From positions 43,152,001 to 43,216,000 of the forward strand of contig NW_027266343.1 of assembly GCF_022045235.1 (NCBI RefSeq): DNA of 64,000 bases, read 5' to 3'. The position numbers were made by a program, and so were the translations under genes. This document shows, piece by piece, positions 11,753 to 23,168 of this stretch. This DNA is from Haliotis cracherodii. Lineage: Eukaryota. Each line of letters opens with the position of its first letter. Within the stretch, counting starts at the first letter, position 1. The notes below the pieces were generated by a model. The model was not told the origin of the DNA. It made no database searches and was given only the letters and a program-made list of their open reading frames with translations.

Positions 11753-14700
11753 GAGTGTGTGCGAGAGAGCTTTTGAGTGTGTGTGTGTGTGTATGTGTGT
11801 GTTTGAATGTGTGACTGTGTGTGTGTACATGTGTGTGTTAGAGTGTGTGTGAGAGCTTTTGAGTGGTGTGTGTGTGCGCGTGCGTGTATGTGTGTTTGAA
11901 TGTGCGACTGTGTGTTTTACTGTATGTGTGTGTGAGTGTGTACATGTGTGTGTGTGTGTTAGAGTGTGTGTGAGAGAACTTTTGAGTGTGTGCGTGTATG
12001 TGTGTTTGAATGTGTGACTGTATGTGTGACTGTATGTGTATGTATGAATGTGTATTAGTGTGAGTGTTTGAGTGTGTGTGAATGTGGGCGTGTGTAACAG
12101 TGTGTGTGTGCGTGCGCATGTGCGTGCGAGTATGTGTATGTGAGTGCGTGTGTAAATGTGTGTTCATTTGAGTATGTGTGAGTGTGTGTGTATGTGCGTG
12201 CGTGCGTACGTGTGTGTGCGTATGTGTGTGCGTTTGTGTGGGCTTTACTTGTTTTAGTTCCGGAGTTATGATACTTTCATAGTGCTCGTCCACTGAGTTA
12301 CTCTACAGCAGTTTAACAACCCTACTCTCAGTTTACCGTCCCCCGAGCTGACCACTTCTTGTTTTATCCGCTTACTGCCGAGGGCTAGGCAGGGTAACAA
12401 CAAGCGCTATCATGTAACATGTAGTCCCCAACATCCACACTTGACGGTAGAGGCGACTACATGGGTCGGATGGTCAGGCATGTGCAAATCTACATCTTCG
12501 TTTTTCCAGTACCCTTGAAGCAGCAAATAGATGCTTTGAAGAGGAAATGAAGAAGTGTGGCGCAAACGGAGAGATTTTGGCGACAATGTTGTCCAACGTT
12601 TTTGAATATGCGTGTGAAGAGGGGCTTGACAGTACGTATTTTAAAAGTACATTATTTCCAAGTTATAACTATATACCTTGAAAAAGATTTAGCACTACCC
12701 CTTCTATATTTTCATATATCGTACCTGTATCATTCTGAAATATCTACATACTACATTGGGACCTGTGTCTTCAGCAACTCGTGCTTGCCATAAAAGGTGA
12801 CTATGCTTGTCGTAAGAAGCGACTAAAGGAATCGGGTGGTCAGGTTCGCTGACTTGGTTGATGCATGTCATCAATTGCGTAGATCGATGCTCATGATGTC
12901 AATCACTGGATTGTCTGGTCCAGACTCGATTATTCAAAGACCGCCGTCATTTAGCTGGGATATTGCTGAGTGCAGCGTTAAACAACAATCAACATCAACA
13001 ACATATGTCATTTGGTCATGTCATCTAATGCAAGTGAAAGAAGCAGGGATGCATTAGAAAGTTTAGTCAAAAAACTTTTGAGGTGGCGCACTCACGACAT
13101 GTGTCATGAAATAATCGATTTCGATTTCCTTACTTCAATATTGGTATGCAACTGTATTACCAAACATACATGTACATTCATGACTCACTCCCTGGCTGTG
13201 TATATTGATGTTTCACTCAATCAATCACTCTCTCTAGTCATGTCTCATTCATCACTGTGTATATCCAGTAACGTGCCACTCACCCTGTCTAGTCATGTCT
13301 CACTCATGACTGTGTATATCCTGTAACGTGCCACTCACCCTGTCTAGTCATGTCTCACTCATCACTGTGTATATCCAGTAACGTGTCACTCACTCTGTCT
13401 AGTCGTGTCTCACTCACCACTGTGTATATCCAGTAACGTGTCACTCACTCTGTCTAGTCATGTCTCACTCACCACTGTGTATATCCAGTAACGTGTCACT
13501 CACTCTGTCTAGTCATGTCTCACTCACCACTGTGTATATCCAGTAACGTGTCAATCACTCTTTCTAGTCATGTCTCACTCATGACTGTGTATATCCAGTA
13601 ACGTGTCAATGACTGTGTCTAGTCATGTCTCACTCATCACTGTGTACATCCAGTAACGTGTCACTCACTCTGTCTAGTCATGTCTCACTCATCACTGTGT
13701 ACATCCAGTAACGTGTCACTCACTCTGTCTAGTCATGTCTCACTCATCACTGTGTATATCCAGTAACGTGTCACTGACTGTGTCTAGTCATGTCTCACTC
13801 ATCACTGTGTCTATCCAGTAACGTGTCACTCACTCTGTTTAGTCGTGCCTCACTCATCACTGTGTACATCCAGTAACGTGTCAATCACTCTCTCCAGTCA
13901 TGTCTCATTCATCACTGTGTATATCCAGTAACGGGTCACCCACTCTGTCTAGTCGTGTCTCACTCACCACTGTGTATGTCCAGTAACGTGTCACTCACTC
14001 TGTCTAGTCATGTCTCACTCACCACTGTGTCTATCCAGTAACGTGTCACTCACTCTGTCTAGTCATGTCTCACTCATCACAGTGTATATCCAGTAACGTG
14101 TCACCCACTCTGTCTAGTCATGCTGTCGGAGGGCGACTGCTGGGCCCACGAAAATTTCACCTCGGACATTATGGGGTGCTCGAAGACCATGGAACAAAGT
14201 TTTAACACAATGGGCTATAATGGCTTTTGTCGGTAAGTTTTTGTTTTGTCAGTTTTTGTTTATTGTTTAACGCGGCACTCACCAATATTTGGCGGCGGTC
14301 TGTAAACAATCGAATCTGACTAGACAATCCTGTGACTGACGTCCTGAACATCGATCAGGGCACTTGAGATACGATTTCATGTTTTGCAGATGAGTAACAT
14401 GTCTGATGCTATTTTGCCGCAGTATGTAAAGGAAGGCCAGTGAGCAGGGTAACACGACAAATGCATCTATTTACAGAGCCACCAATGAATTCATTCGGTG
14501 TGTGGGAGACAGAATAAACAGCAAAACTGTCTGCTCTGAGGATGCAGCCTGGTTTATGCAGGAGTTATTCAGGAGGAGCATCAAGCCTGCAGCTGACATG
14601 ATGAACTGTTTCCTTAACACCAGAGCTATACGTAAGTCGTGACGTCGCGTACGTCGTTAACTTCACATACGTCATCAACCTCACATACGTCATTAACTTC

Positions 14701-15433
14701 ACATACGTCATCAACTTCACGTACGTCATCAACTTCCCATACGCAATTAATATCAAATACGTCATTAACTTCAAGTACGTCATCAACTTCACGTACGTCA
14801 TCAACTTTCCATACGTCATCAACTTCACGTACGTCATTAACTTCACGGACGTCATCAGCTTCACATACGTCATCAACTTCCAATACGTCATTAACTTCAC
14901 ATTCGTCTTGAACTTCACATACACCATCAACTTCACATTCATCATTAACTTCACATACACCATTAACTTCACATACGTCATAAACTTCACATACACCATT
15001 AGCTTCACGTACGTCATTAACTTCACGTTCGTCATTAACTTCACGTACGTCATTAACTTCACGTAAGTCATTAACTTCACGTACGTTATTAACTTCACAT
15101 ACACCATTAACTTCACAAACGTCATTAACTTCAAGTACACCATTAACCTCACATACGTCATTAAGTTCACGTACATCATTAACTTCACGTACGTCATTAG
15201 CTTCACATGCGTCAGTAACTTCACATACACCATTAACTTCACATACGTCATGATTTCACATTATTTGTTTCGAGGATCTCATCCAGTCTCACTGACAAGC
15301 GGTCCAGCCACATTAGCAAACAAATCACAACTTACTGAATTATTCATACGAATATAACATACTTATATTGCTGAATCAAATGAATGTTGTTTGTATTCCA
15401 GGAAGTATTGTTGACATGCTACGAAGAAAGTAA
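6967..15433 (+). CDS. Gene A: secreted 12-Cys protein (DUF19/T20D4.11-like architecture), 212 aa. Exons 6967-7015, 11437-11602, 12510-12631, 14118-14232, 14477-14631, 15402-15433
   Basis: All introns are GT-AG, phases 1-2-1-2-1, 639 nt open. Protein [212 protein letters not shown]. The family label is inferred from the Cys pattern only. Confidence 0.88.
7623..7795 (-). mobile_element. tRNA-derived SINE family 1 ((CACT)n tail), diverged copy
   Basis: Reverse complement has A box TAGCCTAGTGG and B box GTTCGATTCC; matches copies at 49661, 53111 and 54404. Confidence 0.85.
7799..9047 (+). mobile_element. R4/Dong-clade non-LTR retrotransposon relic (5'-truncated, internally deleted) inside a (TAA)n microsatellite, in gene A intron 1
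   Basis: Degraded RT C-terminus: [60 protein letters not shown]; C-terminal [17 protein letters not shown]; (TAA)n on both sides (7799-7838, 9004-9047). Confidence 0.85.
9050..9200 (-). mobile_element. SINE family 3 (tRNA head plus Meta-domain-like body), 5' part
   Basis: Matches the head of the full copy at 50895. Confidence 0.75.
9515..11316. repeat. 45-bp AC-rich minisatellite (~40 copies) in gene A intron 1
   Basis: Unit CACTAACACCACCATAACTAACAAACATACATTGACAACCCACACAAACAA-type; source of the Thr-rich and Val/Cys-rich pseudo-ORFs. Confidence 0.96.
11685..12240. repeat. (GT)n microsatellite and degenerate GT-rich tract
   Basis: Pure GT run at 11685-11750, then an interrupted tract. Confidence 0.95.
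12760..12990 (+). mobile_element. SINE-like family 4 (V-domain-like CTTGTCGTAAGAGGCGACTAA core)
   Basis: Matches copies at 20741-20998 and 50320-50571. Confidence 0.75.
13215..14122. repeat. 55-bp minisatellite (~16 copies) whose last unit supplies the 3' splice site of gene A exon 4
   Basis: CCAGTAACGTG recurs every 55 bp from 13265 to 14090; the unit contains CACTCTGTCTAG|TCATG, identical to the intron 3/exon 4 junction at 14117/14118. Confidence 0.95.
14645..15250. repeat. 18-bp minisatellite (~33 copies) starting just after the gene A exon 5 donor
   Basis: Unit CATTAACTTCACATACGT. Confidence 0.95.
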
Positions 15434-15541
15434 CTGCTGGTATGGGGTCTACATCAACACGAGTTGAGAATCACTGTAATATTGCATTCACTGTTCAGAA
15501 TTAAACCGACGAATTGTAAATAGTGACCAGGCAAGCCTGTG

Positions 15542-15547
15542 AATAAA
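15542..15547 (+). terminator. Putative polyadenylation signal of gene A
   Basis: AATAAA about 110 nt after the stop codon, followed by a T/GT-rich stretch. Confidence 0.6.
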
Positions 15548-16539
15548 AGGTGATTGGCTTTTTTCTGATTGGCTAATTCTTGTCAGTCATTTCATTGGTC
15601 GGTCAAAGTTCGCGAAAGGTCGTTCTGACGTGACCCGTAATGGGATGTCCTCAGATCTTTGTTTAGCAGTAGCGAAAACTAAGATCTAAATTTAATGAGA
15701 TTAATGTTCATAAGAAATCTCTACCAAATACATAGTCGAGTGTACGATTCTGACTATATAATGAGCATGTGTTTATGACTCACTATCAAATACACACTAC
15801 CAAAGTCACAGGTCCTGCTCATGGGCATTTATGATAGCAGAGTAAAGTGAAGAATGGAGCCTCTCCTGGCGCTTAAAGATAACGTGACAGACTGCAACTA
15901 AAGCAGCATTCATGACTCGCTTGTTTGTTTGTTGTTCAATGCAGTATAACGGCGGTCTGTTTCCAACCGAGTCTTGATCAGACAATCCAGTCATTGATAT
16001 TGTGCGAGACGATCCACGCCATCAACCATGTCACCGAGCCTGCCCATCCGACCTATTTAGTCACCTCTTTAAAACCAGGACAGGTCGCCAGTGACCTATT
16101 CTAACTCGGAATACAATGGGTTATTTTGTATTCGTAGGGTGTGGATCGAGGAATATATTAATTTCCTGTCGTATTTGCAGGGAGCACTGAACGATTGTGA
16201 CTTGCTTGACTTTATTGTCAGCTTGACATTGTTGTCTTGCTGGGGACCAATTCCCACTCGGGATCCCCATAGGGGTTCTCACCTACGATATCAGGGCATG
16301 GCGATCTCAGTCGCCCGATAGGTAACACATCGACAAGCATCACATGGGAAACTTTGCCAATATTAGACTTTAAGTTACGTTAATGTGTGAAGTGAATGAC
16401 AACGTAATTCAAAATTAATTAAATTCATGCATGTTAACATGATATTTCCACCGAAGACATGTCTAAACGTGGTAACATCTGAACCTTCAAAGGTTCAGGG
16501 CATTTTGCTACAAATGAAAGTTCACTGAAAAAATAAAAT

Positions 16540-17400
16540 GTGAAATGCTGAACTTCCTCATTGACAAATCTATGTGGAATTTGGGGGTATAACATTTAAG
16601 CAAGAAGGCATCCCCATGGGCACCAACTGAGCTCCTATCCTTGCTTGGTTGGTTTCTTTATGCATATGAATCGGGAATTTTTGCAATCTTGGGAAGTTGG
16701 CCAAGAGGTTTAACTCCAGCTTCAGCTTTATCGATGATCTGATACCGTTCAATAACGTTCAAGTAGCCAAGGTGAGGTGAAATTGGCTTTAACGTCACGT
16801 CCAAGATTATCGCACTTTTACAGCGACGTGCATGTACGTGTGCGTGTTTGTGTGGCTGCTTGTACCAGTCCGGACTGATGCCGATTTATAGTGCTAGGTC
16901 ACTGAGATACCATGCCGCAGTTTAACATGAATACCCCACTCAGCATACTGACTCCGAGCCAGTCCTTGTTTTAGCCCCTTAATACCGATGAAACAAATTT
17001 CATCTTTTAACGTCTTTTGGTATGACGCGGCCGGGGATCGAATCCCGGACCTTCCGCTCTCCGGGCGGACGCTCTACCACTAGACCACGGAGGCAGTCTA
17101 AAGAAGCCAAGCTCCTTCCACTTAATTACCTACCGGAACAAGGAACAAAAGAGGCCAGTGAAACAGGGTCATCTGTTTCCTATTGAGGTATATACACAAA
17201 GATTCTGAGATACAGAAGTGAGTGAGTGAGTTGGGTTACCGCTTTTAACAGTACTCCAGTCATATCACAGCGTGTCAGCTTAATGACGCAACTCTGCACA
17301 TCCCCTCCTTAGACCCCCCGTGCCCCCAACTCTAAGTAGACTGTTTGACAAGTGCGATGAGTTCCGCTTTATAATACACGTATCTGTAACATATCAGCAT
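16540..17400 (+). mobile_element. Penelope-like RT relic interrupted by SINEs
   Basis: Degraded motifs LNFLID.IYVEFGG, GIPMGTN.APILA, FLYAYES, FNSSFSFIDDL, RLFDK.DEF. Confidence 0.7.
16770..17098 (-). mobile_element. SINE family 3, near full length
   Basis: tRNA-like head, Meta-like body, (CACCT)n tail; imperfect TSD AAG(T/A)AGCCAAG. Confidence 0.85.
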
Positions 17401-17929
17401 ATACTGGGGCAAGGATGAAATACTCCCCTCAACAAAATGCTGTGCTCCTGACCCCATGGAGCTGATGATTATAGGGTTTGTTTACATATGACGTTTTAAA
17501 ATCACCGAGATCCCGTATCGACTGTTTTTTTCTATGTCCGCAGGATGCATTGATTGATATGATTATGTGAATATAGCCAATTATTTCTTGGATATTCAAT
17601 GAATGTCGCGTAATGCTTAGGGCAACGGACCGTGAGACCCAGTATGTTAACATTTGATGCTGTTTATTTTTTGGGTCAGTAAGATATCCTTATCATCGCT
17701 ATTACACCAACGAATGTCAGAACGTAGGATTTGTGTACATAGACTTAGGTTGACGCAGTGCTGAATGCATGTCATGAAAACAACACTATAAATGGGCAAT
17801 AAAAAACTACGGCCCAGAACATAAAACACTCATCACCAGCTACACAGCGTGAAGAAAGAATGGTCACATCCTCTGGATCTAACCTTACTAGCAACAACCG
17901 TATCAAACATCACCAACAACTGGATCAAA

Positions 17930-18432
17930 CAGCACAATTAACATCTACTGGATCAAACATCAACAGTAACATCTATTGGATCAAACATCAACCGTAACAT
18001 CTACTCGATCAAATATCAACAGTAAAATCTACTGGATCAAACATTAACCGTGAAATCTACTGGATCAAACATTAACAGTAACATCTACTGGATCAAACAT
18101 TAACAGTAACATCTACTTAATCAAATATCAACAGTAACATCTATTGGATCAAACATCAACCGTAACAGCTACTCGATTAAATATCAACTGTAACATCTAT
18201 TGGATCAACATTAACAGTAAAATCTACTGGATCGAACATTAACAGTAACATCTACTGGATCAAACATTAACAGTAACATCTACTGGATCAAACATTAACA
18301 GTAACATCTACTCGATCAAATATCAACTGTAACATCTACTGGATCAACACCAACAGTAAAATCTACTGGATCAAACATTAACAGTAACATCTACTGGATC
18401 AAACATTAACATTAACATCTACTCGATCAAAT
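17930..18432. repeat. 28-bp minisatellite (~18 copies)
   Basis: Unit AACATCTACTGGATCAAACATTAACAGT. Confidence 0.95.
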
Positions 18433-19579
18433 GATCGCAAAGACTGAGTCAGTGAATGGGTACCCGGGAGGGTGAGATGGTCACGTGACTGGTAGCCTAG
18501 CACCCCACTAGGGAATGGAGACAGAAATTTGAGAGAGGAACATCGACATGGGTAACAATCGTGTTAGCGCTTTGAACATGCGTCAATATAGCGCATCATC
18601 AATGCCAATTTATTAGTATTATATTATTATATTCTATAAGTAGCAGAGAAAGGAACTGAGAGAACAGAACACTAACTATTACCATGAAACATCTACAAAA
18701 CGTGGCTTTTGATAATGTCTTTTGGCAACGGCGTTTCACGACGTGTATGTCCCTTTGCAAGCATAAACAAAAGTGTTTGTTAGAACATTAATACAGGACA
18801 TGACTACTTCCTATCTAGTAAACAGTAATAATTGTTCAAGGGTGTATAAGAATGCGTAGATAGTATGTATTATACTGAGTAAAAAAGGATCATAAATGTT
18901 TTTGAGGATATTCTTATGAAATTGTGTGTTCAGTGTTCAGTACAAAAAATCCCCCAAAATATTGATGATCCTAAACTTGTTTTGTTCAGTATATATTGAG
19001 ACGATATCGAGATAACCGAAATCGGAAACAAAAACATAAACCCAGCAGTAGTTTTATGTATTTATTTATTAATTTACACGGAAACATATCAGCTATTGTT
19101 AACTTTTGTCAGACGAAACATTCGGGAATAAAATATTGTCAACAGGCGCATCTTTTGGGATCGTAGCCAAGAACACGTGTATTTTATCAAGCAATGCTGT
19201 CATGTTGAGCAGTTTCTAGTGTTGGTTTGTACACGAACGCACTGAAGTTCTGCAGGTGCAATGACCAAATGCGAGTGGAATAACTAGGTTATGACAGTAG
19301 AGTTTTTAAGAACTGGAACTCGTGTCACATTCCACAAAGCGATCTTATCACTACGACTATCGTAAGCCTGTTAAAGTGTGGGAGTATTGTCGTAGAGATA
19401 AGGTCGCGTTAGGACATGGCTCTGACCCTATGCTTCTGTCATCACAACTGTTCCCTGCTGACAGTGGCCAGGGCACAACGTCATCAAACAAGTGACGTCA
19501 CAGATACTATGACATGAATCGACTGTGGATGTAGCAATACTCCAGCCGCCTACAGCTCCCGATCAGTCACAGACAACGG

Positions 19580-22500
19580 TCAACACTTCAGCTGGGCGGA
19601 GAGTCTCTCAGGGTTAAGTGCCCGGATGATGAAGGCGGACAGATTGTAAGGGCATCTCTTGATGGTCCAGTCTCCCATGCATGCCCACACGAAGTTGTCG
19701 AGGGAGCTGCAACATGGACGACTACATCATTCACTACGACAGTCACGAGTTTCAAGTATTGTCTAACGACAATCATTGGTATTATATTACCTAACGACAA
19801 TCACTATGCCAATATTAACTTTACGACAATCACGACAATTCCATGTATTGACCAACGATAATCACGACTATTTCATATATCAACCAACGACAATCACGAC
19901 TATTCCATACATTTACAAACGACAATCACGACTATTCCATACATTAACAAACGACAATCACGATATTATGGAATACTGAAATGGCCAAAATCTCACGTTC
20001 TCGCGATCTCGCATTCTCGTGACATTTTGTCAAAAGTCGACAACGCGAGAATACGACATATGGACATAATCTAAAATCTCGCAATCACGACATCGAGATC
20101 GCGAGAATGACCCTTACAGTATTCCATACGATATAGACATATATTGTACTTAAACGAACTTTTCAGCGGGAATCGGTGACATCTAAGAGAGTATCAAAAT
20201 GAGATGTTATATGAAGTTATTTCCGAGGATATTTTTCAAATTATTAAGGTGTTTGACGTTTTTCCAGGCGTAATTCCTGAAGGTTTTGCTCATGCGAACC
20301 AATTCTTATCCAGGAGCTCTGTGTGTATGTGGCACATCGTCCCAACTACGAATATGTGTCCCTGGAACCTGAATCTATCGCCCATAAAAAGCACTGAAAA
20401 GGACCTGGTGTGTAGTTGTATCACCAAGTTGTTTTCGAATACATGTGAGCAATAGATATTAAACAGAATAGTGCGCACAACCCTCGACAACGCATATACC
20501 TTTATCCCTGAATAGAGGACCTGGCATCTGTTAATTTCCTAGACGTTTTCCGCCCGGCGTCTATTCAAGGCAGGCATCTCTCTTTAAATTTCCGTGAACA
20601 CTTTTAATTGCCTTGAAGATGGGATGTGTAATTTATATAAAACTTGTGTGGTGTGCATTTTGTGTGAAAACTGCTTTCGTTTTCCGATAGGAAAAGCTAT
20701 GTTTCGTTGCTCCGGCCTGTATTCGCGGCAGGCATCTATTCGTTTGTTGTTTAACGCCGCACTCAGCAATATTTCAGATATATGACGGCGGTCTGTAAAT
20801 AATCGAGTCTGGACCAGACAATCCAGTGATTAATATCATGAGCATCAATCCACGCACTTGGGATCGATGACATGCATCAACCAAGTCAGCGAGCCTGACC
20901 ACCCGATCCCGTTAGTCGCCTCTTACGACAAGCATAGTCACCTTTTACGGCAAGTATGGGTTCCTGAAGACCTATTCTACCCCGGATCTTCACGGGTCGG
21001 CAGGCATCTATTGAAAGATATACGGTAGCCGAGAGTATGGGGCGTAATATCGGGGTTTGATACCTATACGGTAGACGTTTCTATATGAGATGAATATAAA
21101 GTCTGAACATTAAGTGACATCTCCTCACCCGCAGTACGCATACGTGTCGGTGATGTTGCCATCATGCACTCTGGTGGCGATGTTGTCGATGTCGTGTTTG
21201 GCCTTGCAGTGGCGTATCCGGGAGGCAACGTTGTTGTTAAGCCAACAGGACGACCCCGCAATTAAATCTAGAAGAAATTACAGAAGAAGCTTACTTATAT
21301 GTGTCTTATTGAACGGAACACAGATTTATTCAAGTTATAATGACGACGGTCTGTAAATCAACTGACAAAGTCAAAGAATGCGTTTTCCAAATATCCAGAA
21401 AGGCCTCTACAAAAATAATCTACATATGTTAAGTCAGATTTAGAAATATTGGATCTTCTAAGCGTCATTTCTCATGAATTGGTGTTATTCTTTTTTTTAA
21501 AAACCGTTCCCACATAAGCTGGAGACAAGGTTTATTAACAGGGCGTATATGGGATTCGAACCCGCAATCACTGGATTATGGAATCTCTAAGTGACCCAAC
21601 TCTGCAGGGCCAATGGCAACGCCCAATATCACTAGGCCACCAGCGGACAGTAAGCTGAGGGGACTAAGCATGACTGTCCATTTAGTTGACCTTGACAGTA
21701 GTATTTGCCCGAATGGTTAAAACGATTTTGTTTTGGGTCGGAGAGCCGTTCAGTCAGAGTCGCTTTGTGGCTTGAAGAAACAGGCAGTAAACATTATCCA
21801 TGTTGGGATTCGAACAGAGGCCTTAAGCGCAAGCACTCATTGTCAGGTCACACTGAGGTGAGGTGAAATGGGGTTTAACGTCACGTCCAAGATTATTGNN
21901 NNNNNNNNNNNNNNNNNNNNNNNNNNNNNNNNNNNNNNNNNNNNNNNNNNNNNNNNNNNNNNNNNNNNNNNNNNNNNNNNNNNNNNNNNNNNNNNNNNNN
22001 NNNNNNNNNNNNNNNNNNNNNNNNNNNNTCCAGACTGATGCCTATTTATAGTGCTAGCCCACTGAGAAACCATGTCGCAATTTGACATGAATACCCCACT
22101 CAGACACAGTATACTGACTCAAAGGGTGACAACAAGTACCATCGTTTAACGTATTTTGGTTTGACGCGAACCCCGGACCTTCCGGTCTCCGGGCGGACGC
22201 TCTACCACTAGACCACGGAGACGGTCCAGGTCACAATGATAGGAATTCCATTCTGTTGCTTCAGCGGTCATTGATGTAAAGTGACAGAGTGGTTGATTGA
22301 GGCTTGGATGATATCGACAGCTGCTTTTGGCAGGGTAATTTCTTGTTAATCATTGCAGATGTTGTTGATTAGTGACATTTGTCTGCCACATTATCTCAAG
22401 AATGTTGATTGCGAACTAGGTCATGACAGGTCCCTGCACTACAGAGATAACAGTGATGTTCCTTATCGGTTTTAAAGTCATAGCAATGTCAAGTCTTTGA

Positions 22501-23127
22501 AAGGCATTTAGAAGTGATGCACATAAGGAAGAGAATTTATGGATGTCAACTTCTGTATTATGAGGACATGACCCTGGTTTCCCGTTTGCACATTGTCCAT
22601 TGTCTATAGACCAATCAGTGCTAATTCAAATCCTCGCTTCCAGTTGCCCGTAACTATCAGCGCTAATTACTGTGAAATGTTGGCTTCCAATGACTTTGGC
22701 TAATCATCTATCAGCGCCAATTATCTGCTGGCTTCACTTGTTAAGATTCCACCTTTTGTTCTCTTATTACTTTTGATGTTCCTAAATGTACATATATTGT
22801 TCTCTGCCTCGTAGCATCCATTCACATGATGAAGGAGTAAGCATATACTCCGAAACGTTGTGTTCCTCATAATAAAGAAGTAGACATCCTTAAATTATCT
22901 TCCCCATAGTTTGTCAATTTTATAATTATAATAATTATCCGGTACATGGCCGTGTGTCAGTTCGACGCATGTTTCGAATTTGGCACAAGTTGAAGTGTTA
23001 CAATAAGCGTTGAAAACACACAACAGTCTGCAGCGGCCTTGGGTCGGGGGTGTCAGTTGACTTAGGTGACTACATGGGCATGGCTCAATTGTTGACACAA
23101 GTTGTGCGCAAAATTGACACACATATG

Positions 23128-23168
<41 letters not shown>

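Noticed and set aside
14565-15251. 228-aa MTYVKL-repeat ORF
   Set aside because: Antisense reading of an 18-bp intronic minisatellite
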